Source: Camelus ferus
Taxonomy: Eukaryota
Direction of reading: 5' to 3'
DNA length: 64,000 bases
Assembly: GCF_009834535.1 (NCBI RefSeq)
Contig: NC_045696.1
Coordinates: 113,958,001 to 114,022,000, forward strand
Numbering within the stretch: position 1 is the first letter of the stretch; every line of letters starts with the position of its first letter. This document shows, piece by piece, positions 12,976 through 26,929 of the stretch. Under the pieces are notes generated by a model that was given only the letters and a program-made list of their open reading frames with translations, made no database searches and had not been told where the DNA came from. Made by a program: the position numbers and the translations under genes.

Positions 12976-13779
12976 ATATTACTTGTTTTTTCACCTTAAC
13001 AATGATATTTTGAATTTCAACTTTTCTACATCTCTTGTATGTGCACCTAGATCAGATGAAACCTGTAGTTAATTTCATCTTTCTCTCTAGAAACAACTAG
13101 ATATGTAACTACATATATGCTAATGAGGACACACAGAGACATTACCACTCCCAACACCTATTTTTGGTGTTTTAAAGTTAACTATTCTTCCCATATTTTC
13201 TTAATCTGTGATATCTATGGCTACAGCAGAGAGGTATTAAAAGAAGAACAGGAAACCGCACAAGTTTCTTAAAATAAGAAGACAAAGTGAGCTCAGACAC
13301 ATGATGTTTATATACCTATTTAAAAGAGAAATTTGGTAAGCACAGCATACTCAAAGCTAACCACAAATGAGTAAAAGAATACCACAGTTTACTTTAAAAT
13401 CATACACATCTTACTTGCATTAGTGTGTGTAACAATTTCACTGTAAAATGCTTTTTTTTAAAAAAAAATTCAAAACCATGTGTGCCCCACCTGAATACCT
13501 CTACTATGGTTTTCACTGTACCTACAACATCTATGTGACACTAAAGCTGATATGAGGTTTTATCCTACCCAGCCTGCATGTACGCTATGTAAGCAAACCC
13601 TATCTTCTGCAGGAACTATCAAGTCAAACTCATGTTTCTCAGAATATGTGAGCTGTTGGTATCAAAATGTTTGCAGGTAGCTCTCAATTTTTTAAACTAA
13701 TGTGTAATAAATTTCATGATCATCTTCTATTAATTGCAAGTGAACTGGCCCTTGGTTTTTTTTTCATTAAAAATTTTTT

Positions 13780-14301
13780 AAATTTTGTATTAATAGACTT
13801 TATTTTTTAGAGCAGTTTCAGGTTCACAGCAGAATTGAGCAGAAATACAGAGAGTATGCACATAGCCCTCCCCACCCACACATACATACTCCCCTACCCT
13901 CATCAGTGCAGCATATTTGGTACAATTGATGAACCAACATGGACACACTATTATCAACCAAAGTCCATAGTTTGAATTAGAGTTCACTCTTGACGTTGTA
14001 CAGTCTATGGGTTTTGGCAAATGCATAATGACATGTAGCCACCACTATAGTATCATACAGAATAACTTCACTGCCCCCCAAATCCCTCCTGTTTCATCTA
14101 TTCATTCCTCCCTCCCTCCCTCCCTCCCTCTCCCCAAACGCCTGGAAACCATGATCTTTTTATTGTTTCTGTAGCTTTGCCTTTTCCAGAATGTCATTTG
14201 GTTGGAATCATACAGTTTGTAACCTTTTCAGACTGGCTTTTTTCATTTAGTAATGTCTTTTAAGATTCTTCCATGTCTTTCATGGCTTGACAGTTCATTT
14301 C
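13780..14301 (-). mobile_element. L1MC-type 3' UTR fragment
   Basis: 'ttttagagcagtttcaggttcacagc..aattgagc', 'caaagtccatagttt', 'ttttccagaatgtcat..gttggaatcatacag' are typical L1MC1-3 3' end sequences; interrupted by a poly-T at 14302. Confidence 0.8.
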
Positions 14302-14612
14302 TTTTTTTTTTTTTAACTGCACATTTATTTTTAAATTTACATATATGTACCATTCATTCTTTCTAAGAAGATTTAGAGCTTTAGCTTTTGAAACTTACAT
14401 AGTTATCAAAGGAATAAAGCCAATCACAAAACAAGAATTAATTTAAAAAGATACATACACCCTGCTATTAACAGCAATATTATTTACAAATGCCAAGATA
14501 TGGAAGCATCCTAAGTGCACATCAATAGTTGAACAGATAAAGAAGATACAGCATACATATATGTAATGCAATACAACTCACCCATAAGAAAGAAGGATAT
14601 TTTGCCATTTGC
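14302..14612 (-). mobile_element. Short lineage-type L1 insertion with 5' inversion
   Basis: Poly-T 14302-14313 with AATAAA on the minus strand, then ~14433-14612 is L1 ORF2 C-terminal/3' sequence in + orientation (gccaagatatggaagc..cctaagtg..catcaatag, ttttgccatttgc). Confidence 0.6.
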
Positions 14613-14674
14613 GGCCCTTTATTCACTTTTTTTTTCACTTCAAAAGCCAGAATTTTATATCTGGCATAAACATT

Positions 14675-14950
14675 TCCATTGTATCAAAAACAACAAAATA
14701 CCCAGAAATAAACCTAACCAAGGAGGTTACCTATACTCTGCAAACTGAAATGGCACAAAGAAATGGAAAGATGTCTTGTGCTCTTGGATTGAAAGAATCA
14801 ACACTATCAAAATGGCCACACTACCCAAAGCAATCCACAGATTCAATGCAACCTCCGCCAAAATACTCACAACATTTCTTGCAGAACTAGAGCAAACAAT
14901 TTCAAAATTCACAAGGAACCACAAAAGACCCCCGACAGCCAAAGCAATCT
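14675..14950 (+). mobile_element. L1 ORF2 fragment
   Basis: Peptide CSWIERINTIKMATLPKAIHRFNA...FLAELEQTISKFTRNHKRP matches the L1 ORF2 post-RT region. Confidence 0.9.
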
Positions 14951-16984
14951 TTTGTAGATCTTATTTTTTTTCTCTCTCTTTTTCTTTTTGTTCTCTTTTC
15001 TTATGGTTTGATGACTAGAGAAGGTCCTTTAACTTTTGTTGTAAAGCTGGTTTGGTGGTGCTGAAATCTTTTAGCTTTAGTTTATCTGTGAAGCTTTTCA
15101 TTTCTCCCTCAAATCTGAACAAAAGCTTTGCTGGATAGAGAATTCTTGGTTGTAAGTTTTCTCCTTTCATCACTTTAAATATATCATGCCACTCCCTTCT
15201 GGCCTGTAGAGTTTCTGCTGAGAAATCAGCTGATAGTCTTATGGGCGTTCCCTTGTATGTTATTTGTTGCTTTTCTCTTGCTAATTTTAGTATTTTTCTC
15301 CTTATCCTTAATTTTTATCAATTTGATGACTATGTGCCTTGGTGTGTTGCTCTTTGAGTTGATCCTGTGTGGTACCTTCCACGCCTCCTGGACTTGGGTG
15401 ACTGTTCCCTTTCCCAAGTTCGGGAAGTTTTCAGTGATTATCTCTCCAAAAATTTTCTCAGGTCATTTCTCTCTCTCTTCACTTTCTGGGACCCCTATAA
15501 TGCAAATATTAGTGCACTTCATGTTGTCCCAGAGTTCTCTTAACCTAGCCTCATTTCTTTTCATTCTTTTTTCTTTTTTCTGTTCTGCAGTAGTGATTTC
15601 CACTAATCTGTCTTCCAGCTCACTGGTTCGTTCTTCTGCCTCATTTAGTCTATTCTTGGTTCCTTCTAGTGTGTTATTTCAGTGATTTTATTCTTCAACT
15701 CTGGCTATTCTTTATATTTTCCAACTCTGCTAAAAACATCGCTCTGTGCATCTATACTCCTCTTGAGTTCTCTGACCATCTTGGCCATCATTACTTTAAA
15801 CTCTTTCTCAGGTAAACTGCCCATCTCTTCATCACTTAGTTGTTCTTCTGGGATTGTATCTTGTGCCTTGGCCTGGGAGATACTCCTTTGCCACCTCATA
15901 TCATCTATCTCTCTATTTGTATTTTTAGGTAAGTTAGTTTCTTGACTTTGGAGAGGTGGCCCTCTATGGGAGATGTCCTATGCGTCCCAGCAGTATACTC
16001 CTCTCTTGTCACCAAAGGGTCAGTGTCTAGCCAGTCCCAGTGCAGAGTCTGGCCTGTATCTGTGGATTCCTTCCACAGACTTTAGGATTGTTGTTTCTTA
16101 TTTCTGGTACCTGCCCCTGATGGATGAAGCTGGACTAGAGGCTTATGCAGGGTTCCTGGCAGGAGGAGCCGGTGCCTGCCCACTGCTGAGTGAAGCTTAG
16201 TCCTGGACCTCTGGTGGGTAGGGCTGTGTCTATAGGCATTGGTGGCTCAGGAAGTCTGAGTGTGGCTGCTTTCCCACTCTGTATGTTGTTTGGCCTGAGG
16301 CTTCCCTACAGGCTGTTAGGTGGGGCTAGGTCTTGGTGCTAATGATTCAATCAAGAATTGAAAGCTCTTCACAGGAAGAGCTCATGTAGGAACAATCCCG
16401 GAATGTCTGCCACCAACTTTTATGGCCCCTGAGTGAGCCACAGCCGTCCCCTACATCCCCAGGAGACCCTCCAAAACCAGCAGGCAGGCCTGGCCCAGGC
16501 TCCTCTGAAATCACTGCCTCTGCCCTTGGACCTCGTGCACGTGAGTTTCCATGTACACTTCCCAAGTGAATGAAGTCTCCGTTTCCCTCAGTCCCCGTGG
16601 GGCTCCCAGAGCCAAGCCCAAGCCCCGCTAGCCTTCAGAACCAGAAGTCCTGGGGTCTCCTTCTCCTCCCAATGCCGGGGCCCGGGCTGGGCAGCCTGAC
16701 ATGGGCTTAGAGCTCTCACTCCTGTGGGAGGGCCTCTGCGACTTAACTATTCTTCAGATTGTGGGTCACCCACCCGGGGGTATGCGGCCCAATTATATCA
16801 CAAGCACGCCCTTCCTACCATCCTGCTGTGGTTTCAAACCTCTTTATGTTTCCAGTTGCAGAAGATCTTTTTTGCTAGGATCCAGTCATTTTTTCAATGG
16901 TTGTTTAGCATTCAGTTGTGGTTTTTTTGTAGTCATGAGGAGAGGTGAGCTCATGGTCCTACCACTCTGCCATCTTGACTGGAA
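14951..16984 (-). mobile_element. L1 5'UTR + degenerate ORF1 + inter-ORF spacer
   Basis: Begins ttccagtcaagatggcagag (L1 5' start with YY1-like aagatggc), GC-rich 5'UTR, ORF1 peptides MRWQRSISQAKAQDTIPEEQLSDEEMGSLPEKEFKVMM and QVQEAWKVPHRINSKSNTPRHIVIKL, ORF1 end near 15016. Confidence 0.9.
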
Positions 16985-17549
16985 AAATGATCCCTTGTTT
17001 TTGAATTGATAAAGTTTCCCTTTGAAATATATTCACTTAAGTGAGCTGATTAAAAAGTTCAGTAAGAAAATTAGTATGCGGATAAGAAAAAACTACAAAA
17101 GTTACATAACTGGCTGAAGTTGTGGAGACTGAAAACAGAGGTGGATAACTGATGATACTTTAACTTAAAATATTTTTTGTCCTGACAGATCTAAATGTTA
17201 CTTAAGAGAAGAATAACATTAATACTAATCTTGTTTGAAAACTCTGGTTCCCTTTGTTACATTTTAGTAGCAATGATTTGCTAACATTTGTGCAAACTCT
17301 ATATTGTGGTCTATACACTTCTCAGATACAGGATCCTTTTATTTAAAATTGGTGCAGTTATATTTATATCTTTGGGAGTGGGGTTCCCTTTCAGAAGTGT
17401 ACTGATACTGTTTCATCATGAGATTGAATATCTGGGGATCAGTAAAATATTGGAAATTTAAAAATAAAAAATATGAAGTAGCTCTTCACACCTGAAGAAA
17501 TATTCCACAGAGATTCTCCCACGTTTCTTCAAGACTTTAAACTGGTATC

Positions 17550-17830
17550 TCAGGCAAGGTGCTAAACTCTTGGGTATAGGCTGGTAAACAAAAGGGACAT
17601 GGTTCCTACCCTCTGAACCACTCAGATGATGGGAAAGACAGGCAGACATGAGACAATTTGAGGAGGTGACATTTAAGAAGAAAGTCTGGAAAAGGGGAGG
17701 GCAGGTTAGATCCAAGTAGCAGGAAAATATGCAAAGAGCAGGGGCAGAAAGGAATGCAGTCTGTTAGACAAAGTCAAGGTCAGCCTGCGGGGAGGGGGCT
17801 CACTGAGCGCAGGGAGACTGGTGAGGAATG
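17550..17830 (-). mobile_element. L2 fragment
   Basis: 'ggtaaacaaaagggacatggttcctaccctc...gaggaggtgacatttaag...atgcaaag' is L2-like; boundaries approximate. Confidence 0.5.
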
Positions 17831-20178
17831 AGCCAGGAAGAGCAGGACGGGGTCTTCCAGGTAGTGTCACCTGCCACGAAATTAACTGCCAGTGAAAACA
17901 CAGCAGAGCTAGCGCTGTTACTTCACCTTGAAAGCACAGTGAGAATTATCAGGCGAATTTGAGTGCCATGAAAAATACTCCATAAAATTGCTAAGCGTCT
18001 CTATTGGGAATTTAAAAATCCACCAAAATATCCTGTTAAAATTTCTGTAAATAGGGTCTTTGACTGCTCAAGTCACCTAGCTCACTGCAGGCAAATGGAC
18101 TTGGGAAATGCCACGAGTTCCCTTCAGTATTTCCCATTGTTTTTGAATTCCCCTCTTCTTCCCCATTTTGTCCGCTGCTGCCTGTAGCCACACCTCCCAG
18201 TGTTCCCCTTAAATACAGGAAGGAAACAGAGATGTGGGTCTACGGTAACAGGACGCAGACAATGATGGCATCAAGAAAGGGGGCAGGCAGCTCTGTGAGG
18301 TCGGCCCTTTCCCATGTCCCCTTAACAGGGCTCCTGGGTCCTATGCCTTCTCTTCATATTTAATGCACAGGCTCCATGGTCAGGAAAAAGGTCTTGCTGA
18401 CAGCTGGCCTCCCCAACCTTCCTCATCCACGGCCCCATTTTCACATCTCCTGTGGAAGTGCTTATGCACCCATGGTCAATCACTTTGATCTGAGGGGTTC
18501 TCAGTCCATGTGAACAGTGTAGATATCAGTCTTTTATTGCACCATTGAGTATGCTTTCCTTTGATTCAGAGCTGGATTTGCTAATGATATTCTGTATTTC
18601 AGGGACATCGTGGCTGGCATTATTTTTTTAAATGAACGATCTTCGGACTTTAAGAACTATATGCAAAATAATTTGTGTAAGTGAATTCAAGACTCTAGGC
18701 ACTAAGGTGGACAGACCAAGATCTGAAACATAACTAGTGTAGAAGCTGAGAACTGCTTGAACTTAACTGTATTTTCGTTTTCAATTTCCTTGTTCTGTGA
18801 TTCACGTGAGAGTCCACAGAAGTGGTACTCATGTTTTGGTGGTGTTAGTGAACGGAGTCTTCATGCTTCCTGCTCCCTTAGCTGGAAAGGGCATTTTATT
18901 TAATTTTTCTTTTCCAGTGAAGACCCTAGGTAATCTCCCTGTTGCTCTCTCTTGTTTTTATTTTCCCACATTAAAAAGAACTTTAGAGATTGGATTATCA
19001 GCATATTTTTATAGGGTCAAGGTAAGGTTAAGTCACAGCCTAGCACTGGATTCAAATCAGATGGTCAGACGTAATTTCCTTCTAGGTAAACTGTATAAAG
19101 AAATGTGTGGAAATAAATCCACACATTGGCAAAATGAGAAAAGCTATCCAATATTTCAATAAATTATAAATCTCACTGTCCATGAACATAAAATTGCAAA
19201 TGATTATAAGCCACTAGTTTATGCAAATGTCTCAGAAGAAAGGTTAAAGGTACTTTTTCAAGCACAGGATAAGATTTGTTTTTAAAACTTCTCCCAGGTG
19301 ATGTGGGAGTCAGTCGTTCTTCCGGAGCTCTGCACAGCTCCTCAGGACCTCCCGCCAGTCCCCTGGCTGGCTGAAGTTCTGGTACATACAGCACCTCTTG
19401 CCCTTCTGAATTTTATTAGTATCAGTCAAGGAGGGACAGACTACTTACAGAAGAAGCCACACAACACCTTACAAGTATTGCTTAGAAGTGCCTGCTGACA
19501 CTTTTTTCCATCAATGAGAATTCAGTTCACACTCAATTCATTCTCTTTGGAAGAATGATTCATAAAGTCCTGTTTTAGGCATGTGATTTACTTTTAGATG
19601 AAAATAAAGCAGTTTTCTTCGGTGTGGTGTTAGTTCTGTTAACACTTTTTCAGTGCTCTGTGACCTGGGGAGTACAGGAAGGCATAGACTGGCAAGATGG
19701 GAGGGGGGCAGCTGCTGACCACAGGGGATTCTCACTGGGTCTTGCTGGCAGGCCTCCATGGTCTAAGGACCCCTCCTCTTCCTACTTTTTTTTCCACCCT
19801 GAGGATAACTTACCTGACAACCTACTTTTTAAAACAGCTGCTGTAACTTGAGAGATTGTTAATTTTATTTATCACTGATAATTCACCAGTATTAACAATT
19901 TTATTGTCTATAGTTCACAAAATGTCAACAAAATAATTTAAATTATATTATTATTCATAAGTACTTATGCTTTAAAAACCTTAACCACTGATTTTACTGT
20001 GGGTATGTCAATGGCATTTTGGGGAGAGAAGGGGATAGTCACATTTTTTAATGACCCCACATTTTTATTTTGGAAGAAATAGTATTCACTAGACATAATT
20101 CATTATTTTATATTTACTACTCCTAACCAAATTAGCATCTCTAAAAATTTTTTTTAAAATCACACCATTGCTTGTGGG

Positions 20179-20512
20179 TGTAAAAAATAAACAGAAACCC
20201 CACTTAAACAGAGTAGGGAGACCAGAAGGGGGCGCTCTCATGCCCTGAAATGATAGCCAAGCCCAATAAGATGAAGAAAGACTTCTTTCCTGGCAAGGAC
20301 TCAGCCAATGAACCACCATGGACTCTTCACTAGGGCCCCCCACCCCAGCTTTGTTTTCCTCTCCATTAGAGCATTCGCTTTTCCTTGCCTGGGACTTTGC
20401 ACCTGGCTCGTTCTGGCTGTAATGCAATTCTGAAGTGCAATTCTCTGCTGATTCCTAATGAACCCATTTTTGCTGGAGAAATATCTGGCAGTCAGCTTGT
20501 TTCAGGTCAACA
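20179..20512 (+). mobile_element. ERV1-class solo LTR
   Basis: TG...CA termini, 4-bp near-TSD tggg/tgga, CCAAT box (cagccaatga), 3' end 'ttttgctggagaaatatctggcag...ggtcaaca'. Confidence 0.75.
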
Positions 20513-20659
20513 TGGACTTCACTGCATGTAGATAATTAAAAATCCATGGTTTGAAAAGCCTTTAAAGACATGAATACAAGGAAATTACATCACTTAAAAC
20601 AAATACTATTATCTGTTTATTGCATATTTTTCTACAGTTTCTTTATACATTTAAAAGCA

Positions 20660-21100
20660 TGTGCAAAGGACCAAACGTGAGAAGGAACGGCATGCATTTT
20701 TTTCACTGAACTGCTATAAGGTCCGCGCTTCACTGTGCCAGGAGGTTAAGGAGTAACTGGGATAAACAGATGTAAATCACGAAGGGCACTATAATTCAAC
20801 TTTAAGACTTTATACTTCACCTGAAGTCAAAAAACAACAGTTTAAGAGCTTTGATACAGTAACATTTTCAGGTTTGGACATAGTGAATTTAAGATATCTA
20901 TGGAAATTCCAAGTGAAAACATTCAGTAGGCACCTGAACATATATGGTAGCAAACTTGAGGAAAAACGCTCTAAATAAGGAGATTTGGAAGTCCAGGAAA
21001 CAGCCAAAGATTAAATACGGGGAAGCAGACAAAATCATCAACAAGTATATAGAATGAGAAAGAGGTCAACTGACTTTTAAAAAGTGAGCAGAGGAAGAAG
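20660..21100 (-). mobile_element. L2 fragment
   Basis: 'tttggacatagtgaatttaagatatctatgg..ccaagtga..cagtaggca' is a typical L2 reverse sequence. Confidence 0.6.
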
Positions 21101-24100
21101 TAAGGGCTTCTAATTTTCCCTTATCTGTGAAAAGAAAAGCATTTTGAAAGGATATTAATCATAACTTCTAAAATACCTGCTCTGTTCCACTATAGATGTC
21201 AAAACAGACTCCAAAGTATTCAAACTCTTAATCTACTCTAATTAGTTCTTCTAATCTTTTTCTTGCTCTTTGTATCAAATTATCCTTTGAGTTTAGATAT
21301 AGCCATTATTTGCACCCTCTGTCCCTTTTTGCAAACTATTGTTTTAGAATCAATTTCTTTTTCAAGGCTTTGCTGCAAAGGAATCAGTTAATATCTGAGT
21401 ACTTTCTTCAATTTTTTTTCATTTTGTTTAATAACTGGTATGTATTTGCAGTGGTTATCTTCCGTTTTTAATGCAAACGTATATTTTAGGTCATTACATG
21501 TTAAATCAGCATCTGTGGGCCAATCTGTGAACCTGTTATTTATTATTCTTTGGAAAAGTGCATTCTGCGTTTCTGTTGTTTATTTTGAAGAAATCTGGGG
21601 ATGTAATTTGCTTTAAGCTAGAAGCCTGGTCATATTTGAGAATATACTTTCCTCTGGATCCTTATTTGGCCCAGTTCGTCCTCATTTCTTAAAGTTTGAT
21701 GATATACTCTTATGCTATATAACTTTTAAACTAAATTATTCTAATTATTATAGCAATATGATTTACTCAGAGGTACATGAACAAATAGTCTATGTCCCTA
21801 TTTATACATTAACTCCACAATTTATTTAAGCACCTAACGTGCTCAAAATGATATCTTATATTAGAGGAGGAAAACACATTTCTACACTGGAAAATTGGTC
21901 TTTGGATATTTTGATATTATTTTTTAAACCAAACTAACATAATTTAAAATTCTGGCTTAGATAAAGATGGTTAAGGTTGCTAATGTTTTGATAATAAAAA
22001 ATATTTCTAATGGTTTGTGAATTGCTTTAGAGAAAGGATCTAATTAATACTTTTCATGATAGTTGTTGTATTAAATTGTTCTTTGATTGAATTGTAACTG
22101 TTACTTGTACATTCTGTCCTTGTTTGCAAGCTTTAGGATCATGTTATTTTCAGTGGCTGTGCAATAAAGAAATCACTTCATTTCTGATTATTGCATTCAC
22201 AGAAACAATTTGTTTCCTGGCTGCCCTGAGCTATGTTTTCTCATTTGATGCTGTGATTCAGTGTGCCCTTAAAGCTTGTCTTCTGTAGGCCTGATTTGCG
22301 ATCTCCCTATTTTAGATCACCGTGCAGCAGCTGTTTGGACAGCCTTCTGTCATCTATTTTCAATAGTGTTATCCAGCATTCCACATAGCTTCAAGGATGA
22401 TAAATTGGCTGGACTCCAGGGCTTGCACCATAATCCTGCCTTGTCACTTAACCTTAAGTGTATCTCACAGCTGACACTGATGAAACCGCTTAAGAAATCA
22501 GATATGATCTTTAGCAGAGCCAAATCTCACTTTCATATGCAGGGTTAAGTTCTGTTTTGATCAACTTTAGGGCCAATACTAACACTATTTCAGAAAACTG
22601 CTTCATTCTTTAACGTCTAACACATCTGTTCTGTTTGTCAGTGCATTCTCTCATACTTTTGGGTCCTGAGATACATTTACTGCTCTGTGTTTGGAGTGGT
22701 ATCTGTACCCTCAAAACAAACTGAATATAACTCATATCTGATTTAACCCACAAACTCTGCTCTATTGGCATATATTGTTACTATATATCAAAATGTATAT
22801 ATCTGAACTTGTAAAGTTTTTTTAAAAAAGTTGTTTCCAATATTGCAGTCAGTTTATCTGCCAGTCTGCCAAGTTTATCTGCCAAGACTTGGTTTCTGCC
22901 CATCTTCATAGGAACAGCAACTTAAAATCTTTGCTAATTAAGGCCTGCTTATAAGGAAACTTGTACAGACATTTCGAAGTACTAAAAAGAAAGAAATTAG
23001 GTCAACCAATATATTACTTCAATTTATAAACTACAACCCAGCTAAGATGCCAACAAGCATAGTTTTAATGGTTGTAGAACTGTGGCTTGATTTTGGTTAC
23101 TATTTAGCCAATATTTGCCCATTATATTAGGAACAGCATTATAAATAACTGAACAAAAAATTCTTGCCTTTTATTTAATTTAATGAAATCCACAAAACTT
23201 TTAGAAAGTGCTCCTAATCTAAAGCAAAATTACCCAACTGGAATTTTATCACATCTTATCTGCACTTTGTTGAGACAGAATAAATTATTTCATGGTACAA
23301 GCTGTCAGTAAAGAAGAAGGAAACCCAGAACATGGATAATCTACAAATGGTAGCTGCCTGCCCTGAGTATTTGAGACTGTCATGACATGATTCCTACCTT
23401 TAGGTCGACATCAACACTGCTACAAACTGATCTATTCAGTTTCTAAGTGTTTCTCATCAATAAGTTTCTAATAGATGACAAGAGTCCATTAAAGGATGCT
23501 GCCACAGTCATTTCATTAATCACTTGCAGAATCTGGGTTAAGAATCACAACTCAAAATTGCTATTTAAAGAAAAGCAAAATAAAACAAACTTCTGTCTCT
23601 CTGGAGACTAAATTCTTTAATGAAAGATAATCCAAACCAATTTTCCTAACTCATTTACGTTTGAAATCGATGAGTAAGTTTTATTATGTATTTTCACGAT
23701 TATTACTGAAGTCACAGAACAGTTAAATTTTGTGGTGGAAGAGATGGCTTGAATGGGGAATCAAACAATTTTAAAAGGAAAAGATCTTTTGTGCCACAGC
23801 TTGCCAGAGAGCACAGCTTTCCTTCATTTGCTGCGTAGGTGTACACCTCGTAGTTTGATCTGAGCCCTCCTTAAATGAGTGTGCTTTTAAACTAAGGGTC
23901 AGGATGATCCATCTTTAATCCTGACTCTTTTTATCAGTTTACCTAGCAATTTCACTTTGGTGAACAAGATCAAACATGTACTGAGAGCCTATTCTATGCC
24001 ATTTAACCCTGTACTCTAGATACCACAGCTGTAAAACCGATTAAATGACTCCCCTCCTTCAGACCTTTCCTGGTTGTAAAAGGATGATATCTTAAAGTAT

Positions 24101-26929
24101 CTTGAGAGCTCTGGTTGGATTCAGAGACGCGTTTCTCTGGTCAGCATGACCTTCAAAATAATGGAGCTACTGAAGCCAGTAGGAGAGCTCACTACTTAAA
24201 AAGTCACATAAATTTGTTACAATATACTGAAAAAAACCTGCTTGAACCGTATCAGGAATTTTATTACTGTGCATTGTTAGCACTTTAAAGATATTCTGTT
24301 CTTTCTTCAAGGTCAGCCTCAACTTTGTGTCTGTGAACGAGGCCTTTTTAGGGGAGACATACTGATAAAGTATTGAGGTCAAAGGCAAGGAAAACAGTCA
24401 TTTGATAATTTTTTTTGTAAATTAAAGTAACAAGAACCCTAATTAACAGTAAAAGCCAAATGAGAGAGTCTGAAAGGGTATATATTTTCCAGACCTGTGC
24501 TATATTAGTGAAGGCATGGGAAAGGGAACATGGCATTGACCCATAAGGAGCTTATTTTTAGGTGCAAATAGATTTACATTCAGAAAACAGCCAGGGAATT
24601 TCATAAGTCCCACATCACAAAATGCTGGATTATGTGGTAGAGATGGATTTTTTTTCTTCAGAATTAAAACATTTTATTTTTGCCATAAGGAGCTCTACAA
24701 ATTAATATCAGGTAACAGTTAATGAAAAGTAGAACTGAAAGTCACGACAGGGAAGTCTGTACAAGTATGAACACTACAGTCCTGGGTGGAAATGGACATG
24801 ATTGACAGGTGATGTAGCCAGTGCTGCTGAATCAGCATTTAATGCTTCAGAAGATGCATGCCCTGACCACAGCAATTCAGAGAAACCCCCAGCATGGGCT
24901 TATCGCCATCAGAGGGCCTTCTTGAAGATTACAGCACTTCAGCACACAGACACCTGTACGCTGGATGATGAGGAAGTTTTCTGACACAAGAGAAGGGTAG
25001 TCCACGTAAGTGGTAGGTCTATGAACAGCATCAGCATTATTATTTTATTTTTACTAACATGACTGTTAGACAAATTGGGAACGAAATCAGTTTGCATGTT
25101 GGAATATGACTTTTTAAAATTAAACTAAATTTTTGTTGAACTTTGGTGCAAAATTAGGTCAGTAAAATCACACAGAATCACTAATACATTTAGTTCTCTG
25201 TGTCAGGGTTCAATGTCCAGGCTACTTCCCTCTCTGATATTACCTGGCATTGTCTGTAATAATAACTATAGACAGTCCATAAAGGAATAAAAGTGATTAT
25301 ACATAGTTTGATTCTTTAAAAGCCTGAGATTATTCTGCAAATAATAAAAATATTTGCCTAATTGGTATTATCACACCAGATGTATTAAGTTACTGCATTT
25401 ATTTTCATAGGTTTATTTAAATGTATCGAATTTTCCACATGACACAGGCATACGTAAGCAAGTTGTCACATATTAAGAGCCATTATCAAATAGAGTTTTG
25501 ACACAGATAATACTTCTGGAAACAGGCTAATCACTGCATTTTGGGCAAGGATTTTACACACTCAGGAAGTAGGCTTTCAAGTTTGAGATAAAAGTATTTT
25601 CATCTATAGATACAGAAAGTCTATACCTTGAATTTTCTGGTCACTCATTTTCATAGATTCTGACATACTGTCAGAAACCTTTATTTTGAAACTTGGATTA
25701 GAAAATACAATTATAATTCCTATTACTAATGGTCTTGCTGCCCGACCGTCTGATCAGTTACAGTTTACCCAAGCTGCTGAACTAGAAAGCGTTTGCAGAA
25801 TCCTGGCTACAGGACAAGCATCTATGGAGGATTAGGAGAAAGTCATCTATTTGAGGCTGATAACCTTTTGGTTTAGGAGTAGAGGTGGGGTTCAAACTGA
25901 AGCAGAGTGTAAGACATGCACATGCAGATGCTCCAGAAGGATTTTTAATTCTGGTGAAATTTAAACACAGTATTCACGGTGATTTAAGGAGCCTGTGGTG
26001 GTTGATTGCTCTGGGTGCAGGGCAGAAGTTGTAACAGAGGCAGTGAGATCATCTTCATCTAAGGCACGAGGCACCGTTTCATTCTTTGTTCTTTAATTCT
26101 TTGCAGGTGAACTGGATTGGATTTTGGTAATATCTCAAATAAATCCTCTATTTTCAACCTCTGCAGAATCTACTTTTTATGGTATCTGTAAAAAGCAATC
26201 ATTGTGCATTTCCTGTATCCTTTAAGTACTGTGATTGCAATTTCCTTATTTACCTACAAGAAACATTTTTCTCATGTTTGTCTTTTCTTGTCCTCATCTT
26301 CATTGAAATTTTTTAAGTGAAATGACTTATCAGAAAAAGACCTGTGACAAGGCCCTGGCAATTTAAAAATTGTGCAAAGCTAGTCTCTGTTATCAGTAGC
26401 TCTGTTTCTTCTCTCTTTACCATTCCTAATTACTGTGTTTGTTCTTGCTGGAGGTATATTGTTTTAGGCACTTGACTGCTGTGGTGGGTGTGAAGTGCCT
26501 GATGGTCCACTGAAAATAAACCAGGATAGATTACAGTTGTGACAGAGGTTCCAGTCTTTGCTACTCTTGATGCGATACCATCTGTGCCTCTAGTGAATTC
26601 CCTCACACCTGTAAAACAGCCTGTCAAACTGCTCAACAGGAGTTAGAGGGTTTTTTTTTTCACTAATGCTACTACTAGTGGGGTCACATTTAGAATTATT
26701 TCACAGCACCGTTTATATTTTTTAAATTAAAAAAAATCAATAATTTTTGATCCGTTATAGGTAAAGAAGTGAAAAAGATTTTGGAAGAGAAAAAAAATCC
26801 TTTGAAATTATCTAGCCCGTCTTCCTCTTTAAAAAAAAAAAAATTAAATCAAATGCATTTAATTCCCACCTCCCTACTATCTTTTATTGATAACTATACA
26901 CAAATTATTAAACACTCCCTTTAAATGAG

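Noticed and set aside
15257..15685. Hydrophobic 142-aa ORF resembling a membrane protein
   Set aside because: Antisense translation of A-rich L1 ORF1; the same artefact occurs at 40033-41197.
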